From Gnetum montanum (Eukaryota > Plantae > Gnetophyta), in assembly GCA_015680685.1 (NCBI GenBank), contig MNCI01002568.1, forward strand, positions 128,844 to 192,843: a DNA stretch of 64,000 nucleotides, read 5' to 3'. The number at the start of each line of letters is the position of its first letter. The first letter of the stretch is position 1. Shown piece after piece: positions 28,721-40,584 of this stretch. Below the pieces are notes generated by a model. It was given only the letters and a program-made list of their open reading frames with translations. It had not been told where the DNA came from and did no database searches. A program made the translations under genes and the position numbers.

Positions 28721-29784
28721 TTTAATTAAATAATTTTTAAACCTAGAACAACAAATTGTGTAAAATCTTTTGGCTCCCAGTTTCATTTAAATATTATACA
28801 TAAAACTCTAATAAATTATTTTATTATAAAATTATTTAATTACATCAATTGAAACCTGTGATTCTATTTCGTCAAACTACAATAATTACATAAATCAATG
28901 TACTAAAAATAGACTAGTAACTTGGGGTTTCTAGGTAAATAATGTAACACCACGCTGACGCTTACAGTAGTTTACAACACCGTACTTGAGATACATTCCA
29001 GGAATTAAAAATTCCGTATTTCATCCTTCCCAGACATCACCTGATTATGTCACTCTTAACCGACCTTGTTATGTGTTCCATTTTCCCATTCCCAGGTGAT
29101 CATGGTAATGCTTCCCGTCGCTGCAGAGTGAGACTCCATCTTAAATCCCAAAATGTTAAAAGAGTTCAGAACCATTGGTTATTCCTTACATTATTTAAGG
29201 AGGTATCCTTCTTACATGAGCCACTATTCAATTACGTAGTGACGGCGGCACAACACATCCATACTTTGCTTTTATAAACTAACACAATAAGAAATCCCAC
29301 CAAAAACTGAATTCAAAAATCCAGCTCTCAAGACCATTCTCTTCGAATTTCAATGTCATTAACATCTAATTTGTCCCAGAAACAAGTTTCCTTAATGACA
29401 AGAAACTCAATAATAATTACCAACATGCTGGTAGAATGTTTATAAATAATGTGAAAGTCCAAAGATTTCGAAAACAAGGCATTTGGCTGTATGGACAAGA
29501 AACTTTTGACCACAATACTTTGGGCTTAAATTTGACAGATGTTACTGCTAAATGAATGTGTTCTCTGAAAGCAAGCCTTACTCGTTCATGAGCTTTACAA
29601 ATGCCTAAAAAAAATGGCTCCAAGTCCCTCCCAACTCTTCCAGTAGAAAATCCTGAAGTGAGATGCAATGGACTGAATGATCCAAGGAAATATTTGAAAA
29701 CAAAAAAATCATCAACGACAGACAAAAAATTTCGAAAACCTATAAATCCCTTTAAATAGAGAAATCTTAGTATTCATGATATCC

Positions 29785-32044
29785 TTATTGAAGCTGTAGC
29801 TTGCTCTCCTCTACAACATTAAGTCTAAGACCCTGAGTCCTTCCAGGAGCCCCACCTCCTATAGAAGACAAATCCAGCACATATCTGAAAGATTCATATA
29901 TATATGTATCAGCAGCAAAATAATATTAATAACAAACAAATAACAAATAGATTTGTCTCAACCAAATTTCTAATACACACTTACATGTTATTTGATGTCA
30001 TTCCATCTAGCTTAATCCCACCAGATATAGTTACTTTTTTATCCATCAGAGTGACAATCTGGCCAGGTAAATGCACTAAATCCTCCACAGCTGCATTATA
30101 AGAGAGACTCAGGAAATACTTAACAAATGCAAGAAATATAAAGATATGTAAATTGCAAGGTATTATGTACTCACAACTTTGAACTACATCATTTGATGTT
30201 GAAAATGCAAAGGGGTCTTTGCTTAAGCCAATAATTTCCTTCAAAAGCAAGTAAATCCCTTGCTGTAATACTCTTCGATGTTACAAAAATAGTTAAATAT
30301 AACAACGTAGGATTGTTATACCTTGAGCTTCGAATAGCAAGAGTCCAGGTCATCATTTTCCAAAATATGGTTAAATAGTGATGAGTTATGAGCCTGCTCT
30401 ATCTCTTGCCTTGCATTGGCAAGACGTTTTTGTATCTGCTCCTCCTTTTCTGTTCCCCTGCAATAAATGGATAATTCAAAATACAGAGTACAAACCAATC
30501 AATTTAGCCTTCATAACCAAGGTTTCTCGAGGAGCAGATAATTGATTAAAAGTAATTTGTTAAGTATCAAAAATTGTAGAAGCCTCGGAAATACCTTCCT
30601 CGGAGGCGCTTCTCAAGCTCTGCAAATGAAGGAGGAGAAATGAAAATGAAAACAGCTGTAAGGGTGCTATTTTTAACAGATTCTGCTCCTTGAACATCAA
30701 TGTCTAGAATGCATCTCTGTATACATGAAAGAATTGAGTTTTGAGGTTACAATAATGTAATGATAATTTAACAATGTACTACTAAAACATGATGAGCCAC
30801 CTAAGTAATCATTACCTTTCCCGCATCAGCCACAGCCTCAACAGATGCAATACTTGTGCCATATAAATTGCCATGCACATTTGCATATTCAAGAAACTTG
30901 CCCTCCTTGACCCCAACTTCCATAACCTTTCGTTCAGTGAAATGATAATGCACACCATTCACTTCTTTTTCTCTAGGAAGTCTTGTGGTGTGGCTTACAG
31001 AAAACCCAAAAGTTGATGGGAATTCCTGCATTAATTTTGATATCAATGTTCCCTTTCCAACGCCCGATGGACCACTAATAACTATAGGTTGAGGTGTTTC
31101 ACCAACAACCCCCTTGCTCCAAGCAACAACTTCTTTGCCTTGGATTTTTCTCTGCTGTTTCACATATGGACTATCCAACTGCCAAATTGATACAACGGAA
31201 TCAATAGTTGAAGACTTGATAATTTATATGAAATATCAAATTCATATCTGTCAGTAGTTAACCTCTAGAAACCAAATGTTATCTTTTGGTTCAGAACCGC
31301 CACCAAGAATCAAAATGCGATCATTTGACAAGGGCACTGCAGAATGACCTTGCCGTGGTGACGGCTTGGTACCCAACACCATCGGAGTGACCCTGTTAAA
31401 TACAGAATCAGCACCAACAAAATATTTACTTTGCGAACCGAACCAACCAAATGAGTTAACAGTCGGGTTCCTACCGTTTTCCAGTGGGCGTGTCAAGAAT
31501 TCGTATTTCATTAGTTAAAATACCTCCTAATTCACCTCCAAAGAAAACCTGAAATTTTGAAATTTTAGTGTTCCCGAAACAAATTTAACTCTTAAGAAAT
31601 ACCCTGCCATGGACCATCAAGAATAATCTTAAATGCTTACAACTTTGTCTCCCACAGCTATGCCAGCCTGATCGTGTTTATGCTCCGTATGAACACCGTT
31701 GGTCGACTGAATTTCAAAACCACCCATTACGGATACGTCCACTTCGCCCTACAAAAAAAGGATTATCCAAGTTTGAATCTCAAAATGGTTATCTGGAAAA
31801 TGTTTATCATAATAACGCAGTAACACTACGAAAGAACGGCGCTGAACATAATGATTTCAATGATATAAGCGATTCATCTAACCACGATTTCCATAGAAAT
31901 ACCATTTTCTCGCATCGATACTAAATATGGCCTGGACTTGTAACATTTCATAAAACCTATTAAAGATGAGGTGTTATCTTATAGATAACTCTTCCATCAA
32001 AATCAGATCACAGTGAAATTTATCAATAGCTAGATCATTACCAT
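29785..32044 (-). CDS. GK: Plant guanylate kinase with N-terminal kelch-like extension (GK-1/GK-2 type), 401 aa. Coding exons: 32044-32042, 31748-31641, 31548-31475, 31392-31263, 31178-30816, 30716-30595, 30457-30322, 30238-30175, 30090-29985, 29884-29785
   Basis: P-loop [56 protein letters not shown]-terminal GGAPGRT. All introns GT-AG with consistent phases; exons sum to 1206 nt including TAA. Confidence 0.96.
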
Positions 32045-33200
32045 TAGCGACAACGATGGGATCACAACCACGGAAACAAAATCTGCAACAGCAGAACCAG
32101 TCGGATCCCTGTAAGGACCAGAAACCGGCTTTAAAACAAATATAATTGATTTTAAAAGAAAACATTGCATCGCACTAACATTCAATCCTATGGGTTTCAA
32201 GATAGGGGAAATGCAGCATCACCTATTAGTTTTTAAAAATCAGAGCAGCATATTGAAGAGACCTGCAATGCGTGCAAACAAATCCAGATCAGCTTTCGGA
32301 TCGGCAAGACACGGCTTAAATCTTACACTCGGAGAAATCGCAAAAAATAGAAAACACCTCAAATTAACACGGCTTTAAGTCTTGCACTCAGAGAACCCGC
32401 AAAGTACATAAAACACCTCAAAGTAGCCCCTGTACACAGGCTCATGGGCAGGGGCAATTCAAAATCGTCGGCTCAATTATGGCAGTTATAGTAGGCCCAT
32501 GATCAATAAGGCAGAGCATAATGTCAATAATGCAATTCGGTCTTTAATTACCGCATAGCCAAAGCATCAGCAACTTGGACCGACAAGCAGAAGCCACAAC
32601 GTCATTATACTCTAAGCCTCGAAGCATAAATAATTAAAAATACACAAATGTAAGATTGAAGGATAGCACGGAGCAAGACGTACAATATTTCGAACTTTTG
32701 CGAAGGAATCCGTAACAAAAAACGGAATAAATGAAAAAACAAGGGGACAAAAACCGGCGGAACACTAGTTACTTTGGCATACAACCAAAAGAATATGCCT
32801 AATTTCCGCAACAGGAAAAGCGTCTCCAGGTACGAAATACACTATTTCTTGCGATAAAAACTCATACGGCGTTTTACTCAAACCATGCATTTTATCTGAA
32901 CGGACGGTGTACATCCGCGTCGATGTCGTAGCGGAAAAAAATTGTCTCTCGGGGTAAGAAAAAGCCATCGAAAAAGGTCTCACTCGCGCGCAAACAATGC
33001 CGAAAATTGCAGAAAACAAACCCTAGGCTCACATATGAGATGCGATTTCGTCCAAGAAGCTTCGCAGCAGCTAACCTTGGGTCAAACCTTGGGGGCGGAA
33101 AGTAGTGTGGCGGGCCAATTCCATGGAAGACGCAGACAAATCGCTGTCAAAATAAGAAACAGAGAGAAAGAGACAAACAGATACAAACCAAGCTTGTGGC
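32045..33200 (-). other. Predicted GK 5' UTR with a leader intron of about 1 kb (approx. 33075-32109)
   Basis: Acceptor CCTTACAG at 32109, candidate donor AG/GTTAG at 33075 (alternative about 33087), CT-rich leader near 33150-33185 on the minus strand. Confidence 0.55.
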
Positions 33201-34030
33201 CCTCGGCGTTCCTTTTACGTTTTCTACCAGTAAAAGCCGCAAAAACGAAAGAAAGCATCGGAATTTTCGCGTGGTAAAGCGGAAGAAAGCTAAGCTCCTG
33301 GTGTGAATGATGCGATATATCCCTAAATCCGGGCTAAAGGATTGAAACCCACTTTTGGCACGTTGCTACAGAAAACAATACCGCTATCTCCGCCGACGCT
33401 CCGTATTGTTGAGGAGTGGGGGCCAGCAGGGAAGCCAGATCGTGCCAGCGGTGGTACTAATTACCAAATCGAAACAGCGTGGAATTTGCCAACGCGGCCG
33501 CTGCAGCTTCGACAAGTTGTTCGATGGGATTTATGTGAGCAAGCAAGAATCTGACAATGGCGTTACACTTGAGATGTTTGTTTCTTTTTCCGTTGATTTG
33601 CTTTGCTTGGCTTGGATTGATTTGGTTGCGGTTCATTGTTGATTGGATTTTGCTTCCAATTCCTTTGTACCAACACGAGTGAGTTGCGTCGTGAATGACC
33701 CGACCCCATCTGCGTCTGGTTCAGTGCAATTACGGTAACGTAGCACACATGATTACGGCTTTGACTTTCATTTACCTGCCTCGGAACGCCCTGGAAAGAG
33801 CATAAAACCTCGCTTATGCTGCGCTGTCACCCAATCTCTGGTCCAGGTTGCTGTATTTTGAATTTTTGCGTGCAGACGGCTGGAATTTTTTGGCAATTGT
33901 TTTTCACCGTGCATACATAATACCACGCGCATGCGCTGGCAACAGCATCAAAGACGTACTAAGTAGGTTTGTGTGCTTGTCTGTAATCCATTCACCTTCA
34001 CATGCACGGGCAATCGTATTCAAGATGTAC
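33000..34030. promoter_or_regulatory. CpG-rich promoter region of GK with telo-box and site II-like motifs
   Basis: AAACCCTAG at about 33018, CCCTAAA at about 33321, GGGCC motifs near 33112, 33198 and 33420; CpG retained in contrast to the flanking TEs. Confidence 0.55.
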
Positions 34031-34327
34031 TAAGGAAGGAAGTTTGTATGCTTGTCCTTATCCATAAATTCATGTATTTTAATGTTTTATTTTTACCAAA
34101 GAACATTTTCAAAGTTTAATTATCTTTATTTTTTTACTTTTTCTTAAGTACGTAGGAGTAGGGGAGAAACACTTTAACCATTAAATAATAGCGTGAGGAA
34201 ATTTGAGTACGTAGCAATGTAACAAGCCTTAGTGATGTAAGTAAAAATTTTCAATTTTTGCAGAGCAATTCTTTTGACATAAAGTAATCCTTTTTAGTCA
34301 ATGAGGGTGATTTAAGTGGTTAGTTTC

Positions 34328-34477
34328 ACTATAAGTCTTGATATGTACTTATAGTTGAATTATTTCAATTCCAACACCTACTTAAAATTTTTAAAAATTC
34401 AAACTATAAGTCTTAATATGTACTTATAGTCAAATTATTTCAATTCCAACACCTACTTAAAAATTTTAAAAATTCAA
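34328..34477. repeat. 75-bp tandem duplication, each unit with a small inverted repeat
   Basis: Unit begins ACTATAAGT-CTTGATATGT-ACTTATAGT; second copy starts at 34403. Confidence 0.9.
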
Positions 34478-34499
34478 AATATATGTATTTTTAGATAAA

Positions 34500-37400
34500 T
34501 CATTTAATCAACAAGAAGGTATTAGCTTAACAGGAAGAGCCTTGGCATGAAGAACCCAAGTTACAAGTTTAATTATAGTGGGCAATATTGAGTTATCAAT
34601 AAAAATGTTTTGTAACAAGGACTTTAAAACAAGTGTGATCTAACAATCCAATAAAGTCTCAACAGATGTAAGTAAAAGATATTCAAACCCCAAGAAATTT
34701 TAATAGTAAGAAAAGAAAATTTAGAATGCGTCACAAGCCTAAAACTAAGTAGACATCATTAAAAAAATATGGAAATAAAAAATTTTCAGATTTTGCTCCT
34801 AGAGATACTACATTGTATGATTCTATAGAGCTATCTTGTAATTCTTTTTTTCAATTCTTAGGTAGAGGTATTGTTAAATTTTTAGCAAAAGGCTAAGTAT
34901 TTATTTATGGAGATTTTAATGCAAGGATAGGTTCACAACAAACAAAAATTATTCAATGGCAACATAAAGTTGTTAGTTTAGACATTGTTGAAGATCACAA
35001 CTGGACACAACATTCTACAAAGTATACTATTAATAAGATGGATCAACAATTATTAGAATGGACAAAATTTTTTTATCTTATGATTTGCAATGGCCTTGCT
35101 AGATTGCATCAATCTTCATCAATAACTTTCACAAGACCTCAAGGTAACTCTTGCATTGATTTGCTTTTATGTTCTTATGAAGATATTGATTTTATTACAA
35201 AGTTGAAATTTGGATAAGATTTACTTCAGTCTTGCCATCATCATGTAAAGATTTTGTTGCAAATTCAAATTATTTTACAAATAACAAAAAATAAGAATAT
35301 AAAAAAATTTCAAACTCACATATGAATGCAACACATAACAAATGGACTCTTGAAAGATGACATAAAATGCTTGAACAAATTTTGCTTATAGTATTTAAGT
35401 AAGTTATGCATTCACAATGACATAGTGCTTAAAAGACTTAGATTGATGAGGATTGCATATAGGCTAGGCAAAATATTAAAAATGCAAATAAGAGTCACAA
35501 AAAAAGTTTAATTAAGGCATAGAAATGCTTGATTAGAACCAAGAGAGATTTATTAAGCAGCAAAAAGAATATTTTGCTTACACCATTGAAAAGGAACCTA
35601 GATAGTTTCGACCATGTTTTTGTCATAAAGCCTCTTCATCATTTAATTTTTCTTTTCAAGATATTTGTTCATTTCATAATAAGTTATTTACAAAAGAAGA
35701 TGATAATTCTAATACTATTGTATAGCAAGTACCTCTTCAATGTACTATTAAGGAAGTCACAAAGGGTATTAAAAAGATAACATCTAGTAAAGCATGATTT
35801 ATATGCAGAACTATTAAAGTGGATACGATCTTATATTCACAGAGAAATTTAACACAAATTAAATTCAACAATGAAGCAAGGATTAAATCAACATTAGAAA
35901 AGTAGTAAAGCTATTTTTTGTATACAAAAGAGGATAAAAATAAATTGAATAATTATTAAATGATGAGTGTGAGTAATATTTTCACCAAGTTGTTGGGCAC
36001 TTTGCTAAAAACGAGAATCAATTATGGTGTTGAAGGTAACTAGGTTAGCCCAAGGTATTAAGCAAGTTTCAAATAAAATCACTCTATTATTGGTGACTTA
36101 GTTTGCAAAAATGCCTAATAAAATTTTTTTTATTAATTTTATTAATTTTGCAAAAGTACAAGATTCAATGATTTGTACAAAGTTATGGTTGCACTTGCAT
36201 TAAATTGTCCTCCCTTTAGATTTGATTGCAGTAACTCAAAGATTGTATGAGGAAGTGATTATAGAAATTGTAGACAATAATTCAAAGAAAAATTTCAATG
36301 CTATACCAAAATTGGAGTTAAAAAAGGTTGTTCACTTTCTTCAACTCTTTTTGATATTTTTATTGATGAAATATAGGAATGGTTGTACAATGGGCAAAAT
36401 AGTCATGCTATCAAAATTGAATCCAAAGCAGTTAATATTTTTTTACATATAAATGATATTGCCTTGATCTCCACTCCTACAAAAGGTATGCAAAATATGT
36501 TACAAATTTTAGAAAATTATTGTCATTCATCTAGTCTTCAAGTGAATATAGATAAAACCAAATTGATGATTTGGGATACAAAAAATACCCATTATAACTT
36601 TCATTTTAGAAGTATCAATGTGCAAATAGTAAATTCTTTTAAATATTTGGATCTCATTTTTATGGCCAATTGCATGTGGGGGAGGTGCATCAAAGAAAAA
36701 ATAGCAAGATATTTCAAAGCTCTATATACTTTTCAGAAACAATTGCAAGGATTTAGGACTCTAGGCTTGGAAAGTCAAAAAATAAATTTTTTAGACTATC
36801 GTATATCCTACTATATTATATGAATATGTTGTTTGGAGACTTTGACTCAATGCTAAACTTTGGACAGATATTGAAAACTTACAAAAAACTTTTTTTTTTC
36901 AATGAGTTAAAGGTGAAGATGCAAACACTTGACTCATTACGTACACTCATAGCTTGCATATCTCAAGGCAAGACAAATTCTCTAAAGAAATTCTTGAGGA
37001 TTCATAGGATCATGGTTGGTATTTTCAAAGGATATAATGGTTGAAAAAATGGAATACCTCATGGGAGGATGTGCAAAAAAATCCTAAGCATATTTGCCAA
37101 CTAATCAAGTAGAAAGTTTTAACATAGATATGGTCTAATATAGATCTAATAAACTAAATGTAGAAACTCACTATCTCTTAGCTGCAATTCCAATAAGATA
37201 TTGAAATGCTACCAATAAGTTTCACTTAAGTTCTTATCATATTAGAATTGAAAGTGGAAGAGGGTATTTGTATGTTGTGTATATTAAGAGCCCTTGAAGA
37301 TAAGTTGCACGTATTTCTTTCTTGTGATGTAATTACCCATTTGAGACAACATTATAATGTTACATAAAAACTTGCATGACTTGTTTTTTATGCCTCCATT

Positions 37401-37511
37401 AGTGCTTGATCAATTTCTACAATCTATATTTGTTTTTCATGAAATGTAATATTTGTTCAATAGATCCTATGGGTCTTCAGACATAATAAAGCTTCATTTC
37501 ATTTTATTTCA
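34500..37511 (+). mobile_element. Heavily degraded non-LTR retrotransposon (APE + RT + C-terminal SH/CCHC-like region), RTEX-like
   Basis: APE motifs YGDFNARIG (about 34905) and GNSCIDLLL (about 35145); RT remnants KKGC..S.TLF, INDIALIS, LQVNIDKTK, SFKYL; LSSYHIRIESGR near 37225; ends AATAAA plus (CATTT)n-like tail. Clade assignment is less certain than the LINE call. Confidence 0.8.
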
Positions 37512-37559
37512 CAATTGATACTTTGAAAAAATAAGTGAAGAAAATTAATTGTTAATACA

Positions 37560-38760
37560 AAGGAAGTTCCCAATCCTAACAAAATTTATGTCACTTTTTA
37601 ACATCTATACTTAAACTTAAAATAGCAAAAGGATTCAAGATCAAGAGTTGTGGCTTAATACTAATATTTATTTCAAAGTAAGAAAGTGGAACTACTTGTG
37701 GAAGATTTTAACCTTGTCATTTATTATTGATCTTACATTAAAAATCTTTACCATCAACTATAACCTTCTTGTTAATATTAGTTTTAATCTTTAAGTTAAT
37801 AGTATTCTTGTTAGACAAAGTAAAAATTACCTTATGACCTATTTGTCGAGGCTACTTAATATGTTCTCTAGTAGCAGTAAAAATATACATAGAAGCTTCT
37901 ATCTTTTATGAACTCTTTGTTGCCATTTGATCATTCTTATTGTTGACATTAACTTGATTTTTCATATTTTCAACTTCATATTTTTTTTTGTATTTTTAAC
38001 TTCAACACATTTTTTCTTGAGCAAAAAAGGACAAGCATTAAATAAATGTCCTTCATGATGGCAAAAGTTGTAAGAATTAGAAAAATTATAATACGTAATT
38101 GGCTGAATATAAGTCTTTCCTCTTGCTTGTAATACTAAGTTCTTTTACAATTGAGTAGGTTGATTTCAATAAAAAAAAACATCTACAAAAATCAAAAGTT
38201 ATAGAAGTAGACTCCATATGCTTAATAGGACCAAGAATATTAACAATTTCTTACTTCGCTTTCTAAAAGATCAATAAAAGATTATATAATGTGGAAAAAC
38301 ATGGAACTTTAGCATATTCTTCAGATTGGATATAAAAATTTGAAGCCCACTCATACATAATTAATAGTGCATACTTATGTATAAAAGATGTCATATCTAG
38401 GGCATGTTGCACTATCAAAGCATTTCCTAACTCAATAAGTAAAAACAAAACAAGAATAATACCTAGCACAAAGGATATAGATGTCATGATTTTTCATTAC
38501 ATCATTTAGCTATGAAACAAAACTTTGATTATAAGGTAAGTAACCCAAAATTTGAATAAATACATATTGTGTTGAAATATCAGCAACCAATGACTCATAT
38601 ACATTTTCAAGAAGAATAAAATTAGATGTCTTAGTTACATCAACATCACTAGAAGAAGGTGTTATAATTGTTTTCTTACCAACTTGTAAAATTGCATTTT
38701 GAAAAATCAATAGAAATTTCTACAATGATGAAAAAAGCAAAAATTTCAACATTGGTTGAA
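37560..38760 (-). mobile_element. L1-type LINE ORF1 remnant (DUF4283/zinc-knuckle-like)
   Basis: Minus-strand knuckle SYNFCHHEGHLFNACP at about 38030-38080, preceded by VPCFSTLYNL (compare PVWVxLxNLP). Confidence 0.55.
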
Positions 38761-38771
38761 AAAGTTAAGAC

Positions 38772-39415
38772 TAATATACTAAAGTAAGGTCACTCTAATT
38801 TGATTAACCCTTCAAACACACCAAATCTAGATTATATGCAAGACAAAAAATTACTAGAAAGAAGTAAAACTAGCTATCTTTATTAAATTGAAAGAAGATT
38901 ATAATTACAATGGAACCATAGCCACACAAAATACAAACAACAACAGACATACACTCAATGATATTGTAAAGCAAGAGGCTCTACAATTACATAAGATTGT
39001 TCTCAATGCAAGGATCAATCTCAATGATCTCTTTCGTTCTCACACGAGGCTAGCTTCCAACAACCAAGATCCAAACACATAAAGATGTACAATTGACTAC
39101 ATAACCTCTCTCTATACTCTTACACTAAAAACATGTAACATAGATCATTATTTAACTTGAATCAAAGTTAAAGCTTTAAGAAAAAATTTTCCACACTAAA
39201 CTTGACATTCTTGGCTATTTTCCATCTTGGAACTGTCGCATTGGAAATTTCACTTGGCTAAATAAGACATCTTCCCAACTTGGCAAGATGTCTTCTAGGT
39301 AGATGCTCTTGTCCAAGACATCTTTTGAATGTCAAGAATGTCTTCCAAGCTACTTAATTCCTCATTTTTTGTCTATAAGGATGACATTATGTTTGGAAGA
39401 GATGTTCCTACATCA
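38772..39415 (-). repeat. 3' LTR of element D
   Basis: Minus-strand start TGATGTAGG; collinear with 55242-56025. Confidence 0.85.
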
Positions 39416-40584
39416 ACTTTTGGATCCTTTAAAAAGTAAACTTAGGCGAATAAGAAAGCAGGCAGTAGAAGTGATCCTTCACTCAACAAGATTATTCTCA
39501 TGAATTCATATAATATCATCAATAGTTTGATTGTTTTAATGGATGAAGTACTCATGCCACTCACTCCATAAGTGTTAGAAGCTTCTTTCTTCTTAAGTAC
39601 AATTACCTACCTCTCCTATGAAGGCTTGGACATGTCAATAGCCCCCTTTAACTCATTGATGTTGTCCCTAAAGGTTTCATCATCTCTTAGTCCATGATAA
39701 TGTACCAGATCTACAACATTAAAAATAAAAGACATATTCACACAATTTTGCAAGTAAATTTCAAAGATATTATTATTGATTTTGGCCTTTATACTGAGAG
39801 GACCCATCTTCTTGGCCTTTAGTTTTGAGAAGTTCACATCTCTTAGCCTCTTCTTCTTCAAGTACACCCACAAAAGATCACCAACAATGAAGTTAGGCTT
39901 TCTCTTATCCTTATTTCTCTTTTGAACTCTTTCTTTAGCCTTCTTCTCTAGATTTACTTTCACTTGAGCATGAAGATTTTTTATCTCCTTCATAAAGTTT
40001 GCATAGATTTAAGTCTCTCTATCAAAGCTCCTTAATTTATCCCCTAGCTTGGTACAAAACCCATAATTAGCTTTAAATAGGCTCTTTCCAATAACAACAT
40101 AAAAAGCATTATTATAGGAAAACTTAGCATGACACCACAAGTTTTCTCACTGATTGGATTGTTCTTCATACAATAATCCAAAAATATTAAGAAAATATTT
40201 ATTGACTACTTCAATTTAGCTATTAGATTGTGAATGATATGTACTATAAAAATTCAAATTTATCCCTAAAATCTTCTAAAGGGATCTTAAAAAATGACTA
40301 TTAAACTTGGAATCTATGTTACTAACAATGTTCAAAGGAATCTCATGCAACCTCACAACATGCTTGAAAAAAAGTTGTCATATAAGATGAATCACTCACC
40401 TTCTTTCAAAGACTGAAGTATGCCATCTTGGAGAATCTGTCCACCATTATAAAATAGCATCATTTCCATTTTTTGTCTTCGAAATCCCACTCACAAAGTC
40501 CATTGGCACACTTTCCTAAGGCTCTTTGGGAGTTAACTTATATAGGGACACCTCTTTCAATTCCCTTATTCTCTTTCCTACATG

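Noticed and set aside
28940-29600. Possible 3' UTR intron of GK (donor about 29581) or a small RNA gene in the CpG-containing stretch
   Set aside because: Splice signals are weak and no tRNA, snoRNA or miRNA structure can be supported by eye.
31392-31476. CGG where homologues have TGG, suggesting C-to-U RNA editing
   Set aside because: This is a nuclear spliceosomal gene; plant C-to-U editing is organellar, so a plain substitution is more likely.
32605-33748. Several 60-110 aa ORFs on both strands near the GK 5' end
   Set aside because: No recognisable motifs; expected by chance in GC-richer UTR, intron and promoter DNA.
34328-34477. Repeat units with an internal palindrome, CRISPR-like at first glance
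   Set aside because: Only two adjacent identical-type units, no spacers, eukaryotic context; a simple tandem duplication.
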